This document shows positions 55,670 through 64,000 of a stretch of 64,000 nucleotides of DNA, in pieces. Origin of the DNA: Candidatus Eiseniibacteriota bacterium (GTDB lineage Bacteria; Arandabacterota; Arandabacteria; Arandabacterales; Arandabacteraceae); the NCBI GenBank assembly GCA_043810925.1, contig JBDRNT010000106.1, forward strand, positions 1-64,000, read 5' to 3'. Position numbers and translations under genes: made by a program. Within the stretch, counting starts at the first letter, position 1, and each line of letters starts with the position of its first letter. A model generated the notes under the pieces. It did no database searches, was not told where the DNA came from, and saw nothing but the letters and a program-made list of their open reading frames with translations.

Positions 55670-55920
55670 AACCGCACCTCCATCCTTCCTGGCAAGTCGA
55701 CAAAACCACGCTCACGGGATACCGTTATCCTCATGTAAGCCCCTAGTGTAGCACAGTGCTTGAGCCATGTCAATCAGTACGTGTCCGGGCACACGGCATT
55801 AGTCAATCGACATCAAATCCGACAAATACCGGCAAGAAACCCATGCTGGTTTTCGCTGCCGGGCTCCTTCGACCACATGAGCTCTCCCGTGGATGACTCA
55901 TCTTCCCCTTAAGAATCTGA

Positions 55921-55976
55921 TTGACAGGATTTCTACTCGTGGTAAAGTAGTATTACATAATTGAATATCGTAATAC
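55921..55976 (+). promoter_or_regulatory. nikR promoter and NikR operator
   Basis: TTGACA at 55921, extended -10 TGGTAAAGT, and a perfect palindrome GTATTA-N15-TAATAC (55950-55976) directly upstream of nikR. Confidence 0.85.
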
Positions 55977-55991
55977 GCAAGGAGGACTGCG

Positions 55992-56405
55992 ATGTCGGCA
56001 CTTGTACGGGTCAGTGTTTCGATCGATGGGGATCTGCTTGAGCGGTTCGACAGGCAGATCACGGCGCGAGGTTATCCTACCAGGTCCAAGGCCGTCGCCG
56101 ATTTGATGCGGGACAGCCTGGTGGAAGAAGAGTGGAAGGCGGGGAAAGATGTGGCCGCTGCCATCATCCTGGTCTACGACCACCACAGGCGTGATCTCAG
56201 CAGGAGGCTCACCCATATTCAGCATGATTATCACGATCTCATCATCTCATCCCAGCACGTCCATCTCGATCACGACAACTGCTTCGAGACCGTTGTCGTG
56301 AGAGGTGCCGCCAAGAAGATCAGGGCGCTGACAGGCGCGCTTAAGGCGGCCAAGGGGGTCAAGTACACTTCGGTTGCGACCGCGACCACGGGGAGGGAGT
56401 TATGA
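55992..56405 (+). CDS. nikR: Nickel-responsive regulator
   Basis: RVSVSI...LL..FD...GY..RS.A..D RHH; YDHH; HVHLDHDNC Ni site. Confidence 0.95.
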   Translation: MSALVRVSVSIDGDLLERFDRQITARGYPTRSKAVADLMRDSLVEEEWKAGKDVAAAIILVYDHHRRDLSRRLTHIQHDYHDLIISSQHVHLDHDNCFETVVVRGAAKKIRALTGALKAAKGVKYTSVATATTGREL

Positions 56406-57211
56406 GAGGAGTTATGAGAAATGTGGCGAGAAAGCATGCCACACTGTTAGTCGGGACTCTGATAGTGCTTATGACAAGTCTGCCGGCGGCCGGTCACCAC
56501 GCCATGGAGTATATCGAGATGGAAAGCTTCGGGACTGTCCGGGGTGGGGAATTCGTATTCCATCTTCATTACGACTATATGGTGGACAACACCTGCAATC
56601 CAAGAGAGGACCATTGGGAACTGACCCCGGGCCTATCCTACGGCGTCATCGACAAGCTGATGCTGGATGTCCATACGCATTTTGCCAAGTTCGGTCCTGA
56701 CCTTGTGGTTGAGGAAGAGCGCGCCGGCTACGAGCCGCAGGGTCCTTCCCCCATGCTCGAAGCAATGGCGGTAAGCCTCCAGTATCCGCTTACTGACGCG
56801 TGGCTTCTGGATATCGCCGTGGCCGGAACCGTTGAAATACCCTTCTCGGACGCGGAGCGACTTCTGGGCAGTGAGGACCTGGTTTATCAAGGTGTCATAA
56901 TCCTGGGTAGAGGCTTCGAGGATCACAGCAATGTCACGGTGAACGTGAGTTATGAGAAGGAGGGAGGGGAGGATGCCCTGTCGTGGGCGCTGGGGATCAA
57001 GCGGCCGATTTCCGAGAATCCCCATGGCATAGCGGCAGGCGTCGAGGTCATGGGGGCCGATGAGGATATCGGGGATAACTGGTCGGTACTTCCGGGTGTC
57101 TATATGCCCCTGGGCGCTCCGAACATAATTCTCAAGACCGGGCTGGAGTTCGGCGAGAGTGACGGCGCAAATACGCGAAGGGCTAATGTCACATTGATGT
57201 ACCTGTTCTAA
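56402..57211 (+). CDS. Putative outer-membrane beta-barrel with His-His mature N-terminus
   Basis: Signal peptide then HHAMEY; amphipathic strands; terminal TLMYLF. Confidence 0.6.
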   Translation: MRGVMRNVARKHATLLVGTLIVLMTSLPAAGHHAMEYIEMESFGTVRGGEFVFHLHYDYMVDNTCNPREDHWELTPGLSYGVIDKLMLDVHTHFAKFGPDLVVEEERAGYEPQGPSPMLEAMAVSLQYPLTDAWLLDIAVAGTVEIPFSDAERLLGSEDLVYQGVIILGRGFEDHSNVTVNVSYEKEGGEDALSWALGIKRPISENPHGIAAGVEVMGADEDIGDNWSVLPGVYMPLGAPNIILKTGLEFGESDGANTRRANVTLMYLF

Positions 57212-57219
57212 AACCTTTA

Positions 57220-57316
57220 GGGGTCAGAGCTCAAAAGTTGACGCATCTGGGGTCAGAGCTCAAAAGGTGACACATTTGGGGTCAGAGCTCAAAAGGTGCG
57301 CCGTGGGGTCTGACCC
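57220..57316. repeat. 29-bp tandem repeat, family D
   Basis: GGGGTCAGAGCTCAAAAG(G/T)TG at 57220, 57249 and 57278, closed by the palindrome GGGGTCTGACCC. Confidence 0.9.
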
Positions 57317-57330
57317 TGGAGGGAGGGGGC

Positions 57331-58026
57331 ATGAGACAATTAAAGCTGCTTTTCATGCTGGTGTTGATAATCGGCCTTGCCGAGAGGGCCGCAGCTCACG
57401 AACATTGGGTTGACGTATCATCCTTCTATCCCGATCGTGGCGAGACGCTTGAGGTCTATATCTGTAGCGGACATCACTTCCCCGAAGGCGATCATGTCCT
57501 TGAGGACAAGGTGGTGGAGGGCTTGAGGATGTGGACCGCCGGCAAGACGCCGCGGCTCATCGAGTCTGTGGTTGATGAGAAGTTCCGGACCGCCGAGATT
57601 GCGCTTGAACACGAAGGCGTCCATATTGTTGGTTTCACGCTCAAGCGTCCCAAGGCCAAGAAACCCAGCTTTGAGGCAAAGGCGATCGTCGTGGCTAATC
57701 CTCTCAAGGATGATCCCGGGCGCTATGGTCTGGGCGAGGGTCTCGAACTGGTTCCACTTGAGGCCGTGTCTGCCATAAGACCGGGAGATACACTTTCAGT
57801 ATCGCTTGCTCTTGATGGTAACTCCATCGGCGCACCATTGCAGGTGATTCCGGAGAACGGCAGAACCCACTATGCCCGGACAGATGTTGACGCGCCGGCC
57901 CCGATACCAATCCGTACATGTGGCAGATACCTGGTGATGGCGCAGGTCGAGGGCCGCGGTGCGTCATTGGTTTTCGAGGTACGTGAACAAGATGCAACGG
58001 AGGACATGGGAAAGGAGATTCCGTGA
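57331..58026 (+). CDS. DUF4198/NikK-like periplasmic protein
   Basis: Signal peptide then AHEHWV, SGHHFP and LELVPL; located in the Ni ECF operon. Confidence 0.7.
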   Translation: MRQLKLLFMLVLIIGLAERAAAHEHWVDVSSFYPDRGETLEVYICSGHHFPEGDHVLEDKVVEGLRMWTAGKTPRLIESVVDEKFRTAEIALEHEGVHIVGFTLKRPKAKKPSFEAKAIVVANPLKDDPGRYGLGEGLELVPLEAVSAIRPGDTLSVSLALDGNSIGAPLQVIPENGRTHYARTDVDAPAPIPIRTCGRYLVMAQVEGRGASLVFEVREQDATEDMGKEIP

Positions 58027-58466
58027 GACGACTGGTAGCAGGAATCCTGGCTGTCGGCCTGGTAGCCATCGCGGCTGTGGTGTGTCTGGGACACGGAGCC
58101 CAATGCGAAGCTATTGAAGGTGCGGTGGCCATCGAGGCTCGCTACCACGATGGCAATCCCATGGCTTTCTGTGATGCTGAGGTCTTAAGACCAGGCGACG
58201 ATTCCGAAGCGTTTCAGACAGGAAGCACCGATTGTCACGGTGCCTTCGGATTCGTTCCCGATACCACGGGCACTTGGAAGGTCGTAGTGGACGACGGCAT
58301 GGGCCACATGGCAAGCAGCGAGGTGATTGTGGGACCCGACGGCATCCGTGGCGAGAGCGCCGTGGGTGGTGACCGGGTCCGTGAGGTTGTCACGGGTGTG
58401 GCCGTGATTTTCGGTCTCTTCGGTGTCGTGGCTCTATTTTACTGCCGCCGGAAGGGTGGCGCGTAA
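58023..58466 (+). CDS. NikL/CbiL-like accessory protein
   Basis: Signal peptide then H; Y.DG.PM...V, G.TD..G.F.F.PD..G.W.V..DDGMGH; C-terminal TM helix. Confidence 0.7.
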   Translation: MRRLVAGILAVGLVAIAAVVCLGHGAQCEAIEGAVAIEARYHDGNPMAFCDAEVLRPGDDSEAFQTGSTDCHGAFGFVPDTTGTWKVVVDDGMGHMASSEVIVGPDGIRGESAVGGDRVREVVTGVAVIFGLFGVVALFYCRRKGGA

Positions 58467-58469
58467 GCC

Positions 58470-59105
58470 ATGCACATTGCCGAAGGAGTCGCACCTGTTC
58501 CCGTGGCAGCCGTGGGAGCTCTGGTGGCGGGTGCCGGGGTTGCTCTCGGCATTCGCGTGATGAAAGATGAACAAATCCCACGAGCCGCGCTCATGTCCGC
58601 CGCTATCTTTGTTGCCTCGGTGGTTATTCGTCTCCCGCTTGGCCCCTCAGCCGTTCACCCGGTCTTAAACGGCCTGGCAGGCCTCGTGCTCGGATGGGCG
58701 GCACTCCCGGCGTTTTTGATCTCGCTTTTCCTTCAGGCGCTTCTCTTTCAATTCGGCGGTTTCACGACGCTTGGCATAAATACCGTGACCATGGGATTCC
58801 CGGCCATCGCCGTATACTACCTGTTCAGCCGGAGGCTCCGTGCTTCGACAACCGGGCGCAGTTCCTTCACGATCGGCCTGGCAGCAGGGATGACTGCAGT
58901 CGCTCTCTCGTTCATACTCTGGGCCGGTGCGCTGATACTCTGCGGAAAGCATCTCAGGACAATCGTCGGACTTGCGCTTGTGCCGCATCTGGCAATCATA
59001 GTGATCGAGGGTATGTTCACCGGGTTCGTCGCCGCTTTCCTCACCCGGGTCTACCCCGGTGTGTTCGAGATGCCGCAGCAGATTCGAAAAAGCGGTGGAT
59101 CGTGA
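58470..59105 (+). CDS. cbiM: ECF Ni/Co transporter S component
   Basis: N-terminal MHIAEG, HPVLNGL.G and LQALLFQFGG.TTLG.N motifs. Confidence 0.9.
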   Translation: MHIAEGVAPVPVAAVGALVAGAGVALGIRVMKDEQIPRAALMSAAIFVASVVIRLPLGPSAVHPVLNGLAGLVLGWAALPAFLISLFLQALLFQFGGFTTLGINTVTMGFPAIAVYYLFSRRLRASTTGRSSFTIGLAAGMTAVALSFILWAGALILCGKHLRTIVGLALVPHLAIIVIEGMFTGFVAAFLTRVYPGVFEMPQQIRKSGGS

Positions 59106-59857
59106 GTTGCACAACCTACTTTGCCGGTGACACCATTGTTCACCGGCTTGACCCGCGCGGGCGGATCATGCTCTCGGCTCTCTTCTCGCTGCTTGTGGCA
59201 CTGAGCAGCAACTTCCGCGTGCTCGGAATCGGTGCGGCCCTGGGTACGTTTCTGGTGCTTCTGGCCAGGATTCCCGCAGGCCCTCTGGCAAGACGTCTCC
59301 TGAGACTCAACAGTTTCATGGCCGTGGTGTTCGTCATGGTTCCGTTGACCTATCCCGGCCGGGCCGCTTTCACAATCGGGCCGCTTGGCTACAGCGTAGA
59401 TGGACTCACCTGGTGCGCCGTGCTTATCCTCAAGGCCAATGCCATCGTGCTCGCACTCACCGCGCTCTTAGGCACGGTTGAGCTCTTCGAGCTCGGGCAT
59501 GCCTTCCAGCACCTGCGCGTGCCCGATAAGCTTATCCATCTTTTCATGTTCACTCTGAGGTATCTCGATGTTCTTCATCATGAGTATGAGAACCTGCTAC
59601 GGGCGATGAAGGCGCGGGCATTCCGGCCGAGAATGAGCCGGCATACGTACGCCAGCTACGGTAATCTCGTTGCGATGCTGTTGGTTCGCAGCCTCGAGCG
59701 ATCGGAGCGTATCATGGCGGCCATGAAGTGCCGGGGCTTCCGTGGGAAGTTCTATATCTTCAGGCACTTTGAGTTTCACCGGCGTGATCTCGTCTTCGCA
59801 TGTGTGAGCGTCCTGGTCTTATCCGGTCTGGCTGTCATTGGAGTGCTTGGGAGATAG
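59102..59857 (+). CDS. cbiQ: ECF transporter T component
   Basis: GTG start overlapping the cbiM stop; HRLDPR, LRVP.KL, RY, ARAF and RSERI..AMKCRGF motifs. Confidence 0.9.
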   Translation: MSCTTYFAGDTIVHRLDPRGRIMLSALFSLLVALSSNFRVLGIGAALGTFLVLLARIPAGPLARRLLRLNSFMAVVFVMVPLTYPGRAAFTIGPLGYSVDGLTWCAVLILKANAIVLALTALLGTVELFELGHAFQHLRVPDKLIHLFMFTLRYLDVLHHEYENLLRAMKARAFRPRMSRHTYASYGNLVAMLLVRSLERSERIMAAMKCRGFRGKFYIFRHFEFHRRDLVFACVSVLVLSGLAVIGVLGR

Positions 59858-59866
59858 GATGATCAA

Positions 59867-60529
59867 ATGGATGAAAGCGGGCATGTAAGGTTCAAAGACG
59901 TATGGTACCGCTACCCGAAAGGGGAGAAGGTCCTCGAGGGAGTGGACGTCACCCTTCGGACCGGGGAGCGCCTCGGTCTTATCGGCCATATCGGATGCGG
60001 TAAGACGACGCTGCTTCATCTCATAGTCGGACTCATCTGTCCCGATCGCGGGTCGATCGAAGTTTTCGGCCGGCCGAGAAGTGAGGAGAAAGATTTCTGG
60101 GAAGTACGTGAGCGCGTGGGACTTGTCTTTCAGGATCCTGATGATCAACTCTTCTGTCCAACGGTCCGTGAGGACATTGCTTTCGGTCCTCTGAATCTGG
60201 GGCGAACCCGGGAAGAGACGGATGGCCTGATCCAGGAGGCATTGGCCGACGTAGGTCTTAAAGGTTTCGAGGACCGGATCACCCATCATCTCTCGGGTGG
60301 GGAGAAGCGCCTTGTATCGCTCGCGACCGTGCTTGCCATGAAGCCCGCCGTCCTTCTCCTGGACGAACCCGCAAACGACCTCGATACGGAATCGGCGGAG
60401 CGCATCCGCAACCTCCTGCTTCGACTTCCCCAGAGCATGATCGTGGTGTCTCATGACCGCGGCCTCCTCGAGGCTGTTACTACGCGCATCGTGAAACTGG
60501 AGAATGGCAGAATCAAGGAAGTGAAGTAG
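59867..60529 (+). CDS. cbiO: ECF transporter ATPase
   Basis: GHIGCGKTT, FQDPDDQLF..TV.EDIAFGP.N, LSGGEK and LLLDEP motifs. Confidence 0.92.
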   Translation: MDESGHVRFKDVWYRYPKGEKVLEGVDVTLRTGERLGLIGHIGCGKTTLLHLIVGLICPDRGSIEVFGRPRSEEKDFWEVRERVGLVFQDPDDQLFCPTVREDIAFGPLNLGRTREETDGLIQEALADVGLKGFEDRITHHLSGGEKRLVSLATVLAMKPAVLLLDEPANDLDTESAERIRNLLLRLPQSMIVVSHDRGLLEAVTTRIVKLENGRIKEVK

Positions 60530-60536
60530 ACGGCTC

Positions 60537-61478
60537 TCAGCGGTCCTTGGACGACTCGATAAACTTGTAGAACTCACCGTCGGTCGATAGAACAAGCGAG
60601 GTCTCTGAATCAAGCGTGGTCTTATAGACTTCCATCGTTTTTAAGAACTCGTAGAAGGACCGTGAATCCTGAGAACGGTTGTATGCAGCGGCATAGATCG
60701 CGGTGGCCTCCGCGTCGGCCTTTCCGATGAGCTCCCGGGCCTCACGGTATGCGCCAGACTGGATCCGCTTAAGCTCGCGCTCCCTCTCGCCCCGGATCCG
60801 CGAGGCCTCACCCTCACCCTCGGACCGGAACCGGTCGGCAATCCGCTGACGCTCGGCAATCATCCGCTCGTATACCTTGCGTCTTACCTCTTCAACGTAA
60901 TTTATGCGCTTAAACTGGACGTCCAGGATTTCGATACCCAGATCTTCCGTTCGGCTCTGGGCTTTGGCGAGGATCTCCATGCGTATCATATCCCTGCCGA
61001 CATATATGTCCTCAAGACCGGTCTCGTCCCTGGCCTCAAGCTCGCTCTGCTCCGGCGTGCGGTTGGTGTTGCGGACCACCTCGAGCAGGTTATGGTTGGC
61101 GATCGCATTTCGGGTCTCCCCGTCGAGAATATCATCAAGCCGTGTCTGCGCACCCCGTTCGTCCCTGAGACGCTGGAAGTAAAGCAGGGGATCGGTGATG
61201 CGCCAGCGGGCGTACATATCAACCCAGACAAAGCGCTTATCCTTGGTGGGTAGCTGGTTGGGGTCACCATCCCACTCGATGAAGCGCTTCTCGAACATGT
61301 GTGCCCTCTGGACGAGGGGCACCTTGACCTTAAGACCCGGCTTCGTGATCGGGTCCCCTATGGGCCGCCCGAACTGGGTGATTATCACCTGCTCGTTTTC
61401 TTTGACAATATACAGACTGCTCCCGAGCACGATCAGGATCACAATCCCTACAATGATAGCGGCGGCAATCCGTATCAT
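60537..61478 (-). CDS. hflC: FtsH modulator HflC
   Basis: SPFH domain; TQFG.P, VYERM.AER..IA..FRSEG and FYEFLKTME.Y motifs. Confidence 0.92.
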   Translation of the reverse strand: MIRIAAAIIVGIVILIVLGSSLYIVKENEQVIITQFGRPIGDPITKPGLKVKVPLVQRAHMFEKRFIEWDGDPNQLPTKDKRFVWVDMYARWRITDPLLYFQRLRDERGAQTRLDDILDGETRNAIANHNLLEVVRNTNRTPEQSELEARDETGLEDIYVGRDMIRMEILAKAQSRTEDLGIEILDVQFKRINYVEEVRRKVYERMIAERQRIADRFRSEGEGEASRIRGERERELKRIQSGAYREARELIGKADAEATAIYAAAYNRSQDSRSFYEFLKTMEVYKTTLDSETSLVLSTDGEFYKFIESSKDR

Positions 61479-61518
61479 GTGTTTCCTCTCACTGACTTGT
61501 GTTGCGCTACCTGCCCGG

Positions 61519-62517
61519 TCACTCCTGGCCCGCTCCTTTTGATGGATTCAAGTTAAGAAGCGGAAGAATTCCTCTCAGATCGTTATCGACAATGATCTTC
61601 CGCTCAACGAGCGGAAGGATCTCGCTCATCGTCTCGAGATAGATCCGCTTCCGCGTAACCTCGGGTGCTTTCAGATATTCATCATAGACCGCGACAAAGC
61701 GGGCCGAATCTCCCCGTGCCCGGTTAAGACGGTCGAGGGCATAACCTTCGGCCTGCCGGATTGTCTGCTCGGCCTCACCCCGTGCCCTTGGGACCACCTT
61801 GTTATATTCCGACTGGGCTTCATTTATTAGTCGCTCACGCTCCTGCTGGGCTTCGTTGACCTCATTAAAGGACGGCTTTACGGGATCCGGTGGATTGACA
61901 TCCTGAAGCACCACCTGCTCCACCTTGATCCCCGTCTCGTACTGGTCACAGAGCTCCTGAAGCTGCTGCAGAACATTATCGGCGACTTCTTGGCGGCCGA
62001 TCGTCAGGACCTCGTTAACCGTGCGGTCACCTACCACGCGTCGCATGACCGCTTCCGACATATCGCGGAAGGTATTCTGGACATTGCGAACGCGGAAGAG
62101 GTACATGTAGGGCTCAACAATCCGGTACTGAACCACCCACTCGACCACCGCGGCATTGAGGTCGCCTGTGAGCATGTTGGACTCACCGGTCGTTCCTTTG
62201 CTCGTGTACTCGGTCCTCACACCGGCTTTGACCGTGCGGAACCCGAACTCCTGCTTTAGCTGGCGCTGGACGGGGACCTTGGTTACACCTTCGACACCGA
62301 AGGGGAGCTTAACATGAAGCCCCGGATCGGTGCTCCGGACATACTTGCCGAGCCGGAGCACAACACCGATTTCCTCAGGACCCACTGTGTAGAGAGTCGT
62401 GAAGAGGAAGATTATGATCACGATGGCGGGAACGATCCAGCGTATGAGTCCCTTGGGAGCATGCGGCAGCGTGACTTTCCGCAAGTCCATGATGTCTCCG
62501 AAGTCATTCCGCTCCAT
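61519..62517 (-). CDS. hflK: FtsH modulator HflK
   Basis: MLTGD.N, LQDVNPP.PV..SF.EV and APEVTRKR.YLETM motifs. Confidence 0.92.
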   Translation of the reverse strand: MERNDFGDIMDLRKVTLPHAPKGLIRWIVPAIVIIIFLFTTLYTVGPEEIGVVLRLGKYVRSTDPGLHVKLPFGVEGVTKVPVQRQLKQEFGFRTVKAGVRTEYTSKGTTGESNMLTGDLNAAVVEWVVQYRIVEPYMYLFRVRNVQNTFRDMSEAVMRRVVGDRTVNEVLTIGRQEVADNVLQQLQELCDQYETGIKVEQVVLQDVNPPDPVKPSFNEVNEAQQERERLINEAQSEYNKVVPRARGEAEQTIRQAEGYALDRLNRARGDSARFVAVYDEYLKAPEVTRKRIYLETMSEILPLVERKIIVDNDLRGILPLLNLNPSKGAGQE

Positions 62518-62665
62518 CGTCAGGCACTCCTTCTATTCGAGATCGTTGGCACGACCGTACCACATCGCCGGATCAATGCAAGAAGTTTTTTTTAAAAGGT
62601 TATACCAATCCACTTGTCAGGCGGTATTTGGAGTATAACGCTATCAGTTCGCCCGCGAATCTATC

Positions 62666-63139
62666 TCATTCCGTCCGGAAGGTCTCGTAACCCTTTTCCT
62701 TTGGCTTCGGTAGCGTTTCAGTTTTCTTGGAGAAACCGACCACTTTTCCCATGCCGTCAAGCGTTACTTCAGCACAAGCTGTCTCCCTGGCCGGCTCACG
62801 CTCAGCCAGAAGGCAAAGTTCGTAAGTACCCGCCGGCACCGGCAAATTCCCAGGCATCGGGAAAGTCAACTCCCGATCAACCTTGAAGTCCGAAGGCACA
62901 AAGATGTCGAGCGTAAGAGTTCGCACCACATTGCCGTCGAATTTGAGTGTCGCCGTAAAGGTCGTAACACCGGGTTCGGTGCGGTAGTCCTCATAATGGA
63001 AGTAGATCCTGAAGAAATCCTGTGCGGTGGCGTGGATAATCTCAGCTTCGAGCTCCAGAGCCATATACACGTGAGCATTCGCAGGGGCTACCCAGGAAGC
63101 GAGCAGCGCCAGGCTTACCAGAGTGAACAATGTCTTCAT
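62666..63139 (-). CDS. Secreted hypothetical beta-sandwich protein
   Basis: GGAGG RBS; signal peptide ending ANA; PAGTYEL Ig-like strand. Confidence 0.65.
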   Translation of the reverse strand: MKTLFTLVSLALLASWVAPANAHVYMALELEAEIIHATAQDFFRIYFHYEDYRTEPGVTTFTATLKFDGNVVRTLTLDIFVPSDFKVDRELTFPMPGNLPVPAGTYELCLLAEREPARETACAEVTLDGMGKVVGFSKKTETLPKPKEKGYETFRTE

Positions 63140-63298
63140 CTACTCAAACACCTCCTCTTCTCGTCTTTCCTCATCCTTGAGTAGTTTATGCGGATACTCG
63201 CTGCTTGTTGGGATATATCACAAATCACGGATCCCGTCAAGGGGAAAGCCGCATGCCGGCTCGTTTGATCAGGTTCTAATGTCCGTCTATTTGGTCCT

Positions 63299-64000
63299 CT
63301 ACTTGTCCAGCGGTTTCCCCAGCACCTGCTCGAACATCGCATCGTCCTGGTAGGCGCCCTCGGCTATGAGCTGGCGGTACCTCACAAAGTCGATCACGTC
63401 CGTGCCCGTTATCTTCTTGGTGTTAAAGGCATGGAAACCTAAGAAGGCCTCGCCTGCCATATTGGCGGCCAGCCAGTGTCTGTTATAGTTCTTCGAATAA
63501 TCCCAGAAGAACTTCTTCTTGGCTCTTATGCTGTCGATGGTCTTTATGAGACAGCCCGGGAAGAGGTTGGTGAACCTCCAGAGAATGTCGTCTATGGCCT
63601 TATCAAGTAGCGTGAAGTCTATCGTCGCTTCTTTGACATAGGTCCTGGCCTTCTTCATCTCGTCGCCGGTCTTAAACTCACCGTAGACGATCTCACCACC
63701 GTCGACATACCTGTCGGTTACGACCTGCGGATTTCTCACCCACTTGTCCCCGTCCTTTATTACGGGAACCGCTTTTGTGATGAAACCGAGCCGCTTCATC
63801 TTATAAGCCGACCACATCTCGCATGATATGCAGTTCCACATGGCATCTTCGATCCCGAGGTACCACGGCAGGAAATCGCTCGAGCCGCCGTCCGGTGCCG
63901 AGCCGTAACGCGGACCGGCCTGACCGTATATCGCCAGATCGGAGCTCACCGCAAGGTCGGCGGCCATACCGATTTCCTGGCCACCGGCGATCCGCATACC
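63299..64000 (-). CDS. oah: 6-oxocyclohex-1-ene-1-carbonyl-CoA hydrolase (5'-truncated by the window edge)
   Basis: GMRIAGGQEIGMAADL, GQAGPRYGSAPDGGSSDFLP, CEMWSAYK, NPQVVTDRY and WLAANM motifs of Oah/BamA. Confidence 0.92.
   Translation of the reverse strand, partial: GMRIAGGQEIGMAADLAVSSDLAIYGQAGPRYGSAPDGGSSDFLPWYLGIEDAMWNCISCEMWSAYKMKRLGFITKAVPVIKDGDKWVRNPQVVTDRYVDGGEIVYGEFKTGDEMKKARTYVKEATIDFTLLDKAIDDILWRFTNLFPGCLIKTIDSIRAKKKFFWDYSKNYNRHWLAANMAGEAFLGFHAFNTKKITGTDVIDFVRYRQLIAEGAYQDDAMFEQVLGKPLDK

Noticed and set aside
57220-57316. Possible mini-CRISPR array
   Set aside because: The period is only 29 bp, the 'spacers' are about 8-11 nt and similar to each other, and there are no cas genes.
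58694-59101. N-terminal extension of the 387-aa cbiQ ORF
   Set aside because: It overlaps cbiM in another frame; the real start is GTG 59102.
1-64000. tRNA/rRNA genes, prophage or integrase
   Set aside because: None were recognised by eye; tRNAscan-SE and Infernal would be needed to exclude small RNAs formally.

Overview
A 64-kb window from a diderm anaerobic bacterium. FlgD/T9SS-like C-terminal tails suggest an FCB-affiliated, probably candidate-phylum lineage (inference). Its core is a dispersed anaerobic aromatic-degradation region. This includes a bzd-type ATP-dependent (class I) benzoyl-CoA reductase bzdNOPQ with ferredoxin bzdM and bzdV, plus had, dch and (50 kb away, truncated) oah. 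It also holds a divergent thiolase and a 3-hydroxyacyl-CoA dehydrogenase/crotonase fusion, a 4-hydroxybenzoyl-CoA-reductase-like Mo enzyme with fused FeS+Mo subunits, two tandem 2-oxoacid:ferredoxin oxidoreductases, and an orphan dehydratase/reductase alpha-subunit + activase + ADP-forming CoA ligase operon. Accessory parts are a compositionally foreign 7-kb envelope island (DUF1598-TPR-barrel protein, TPR protein, three beta-barrels, PEGA lipoprotein) and two tandem secreted paralogs with a duplicated palindromic leader. There is also a RelE/RHH toxin-antitoxin pair between REP copies, a NikR-controlled Ni ECF operon with a putative novel porin, an IS1380-like end, and four families of short intergenic repeats. 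No rRNA, tRNA or CRISPR array was seen. All calls come from motif recognition by eye; no database searches were run.
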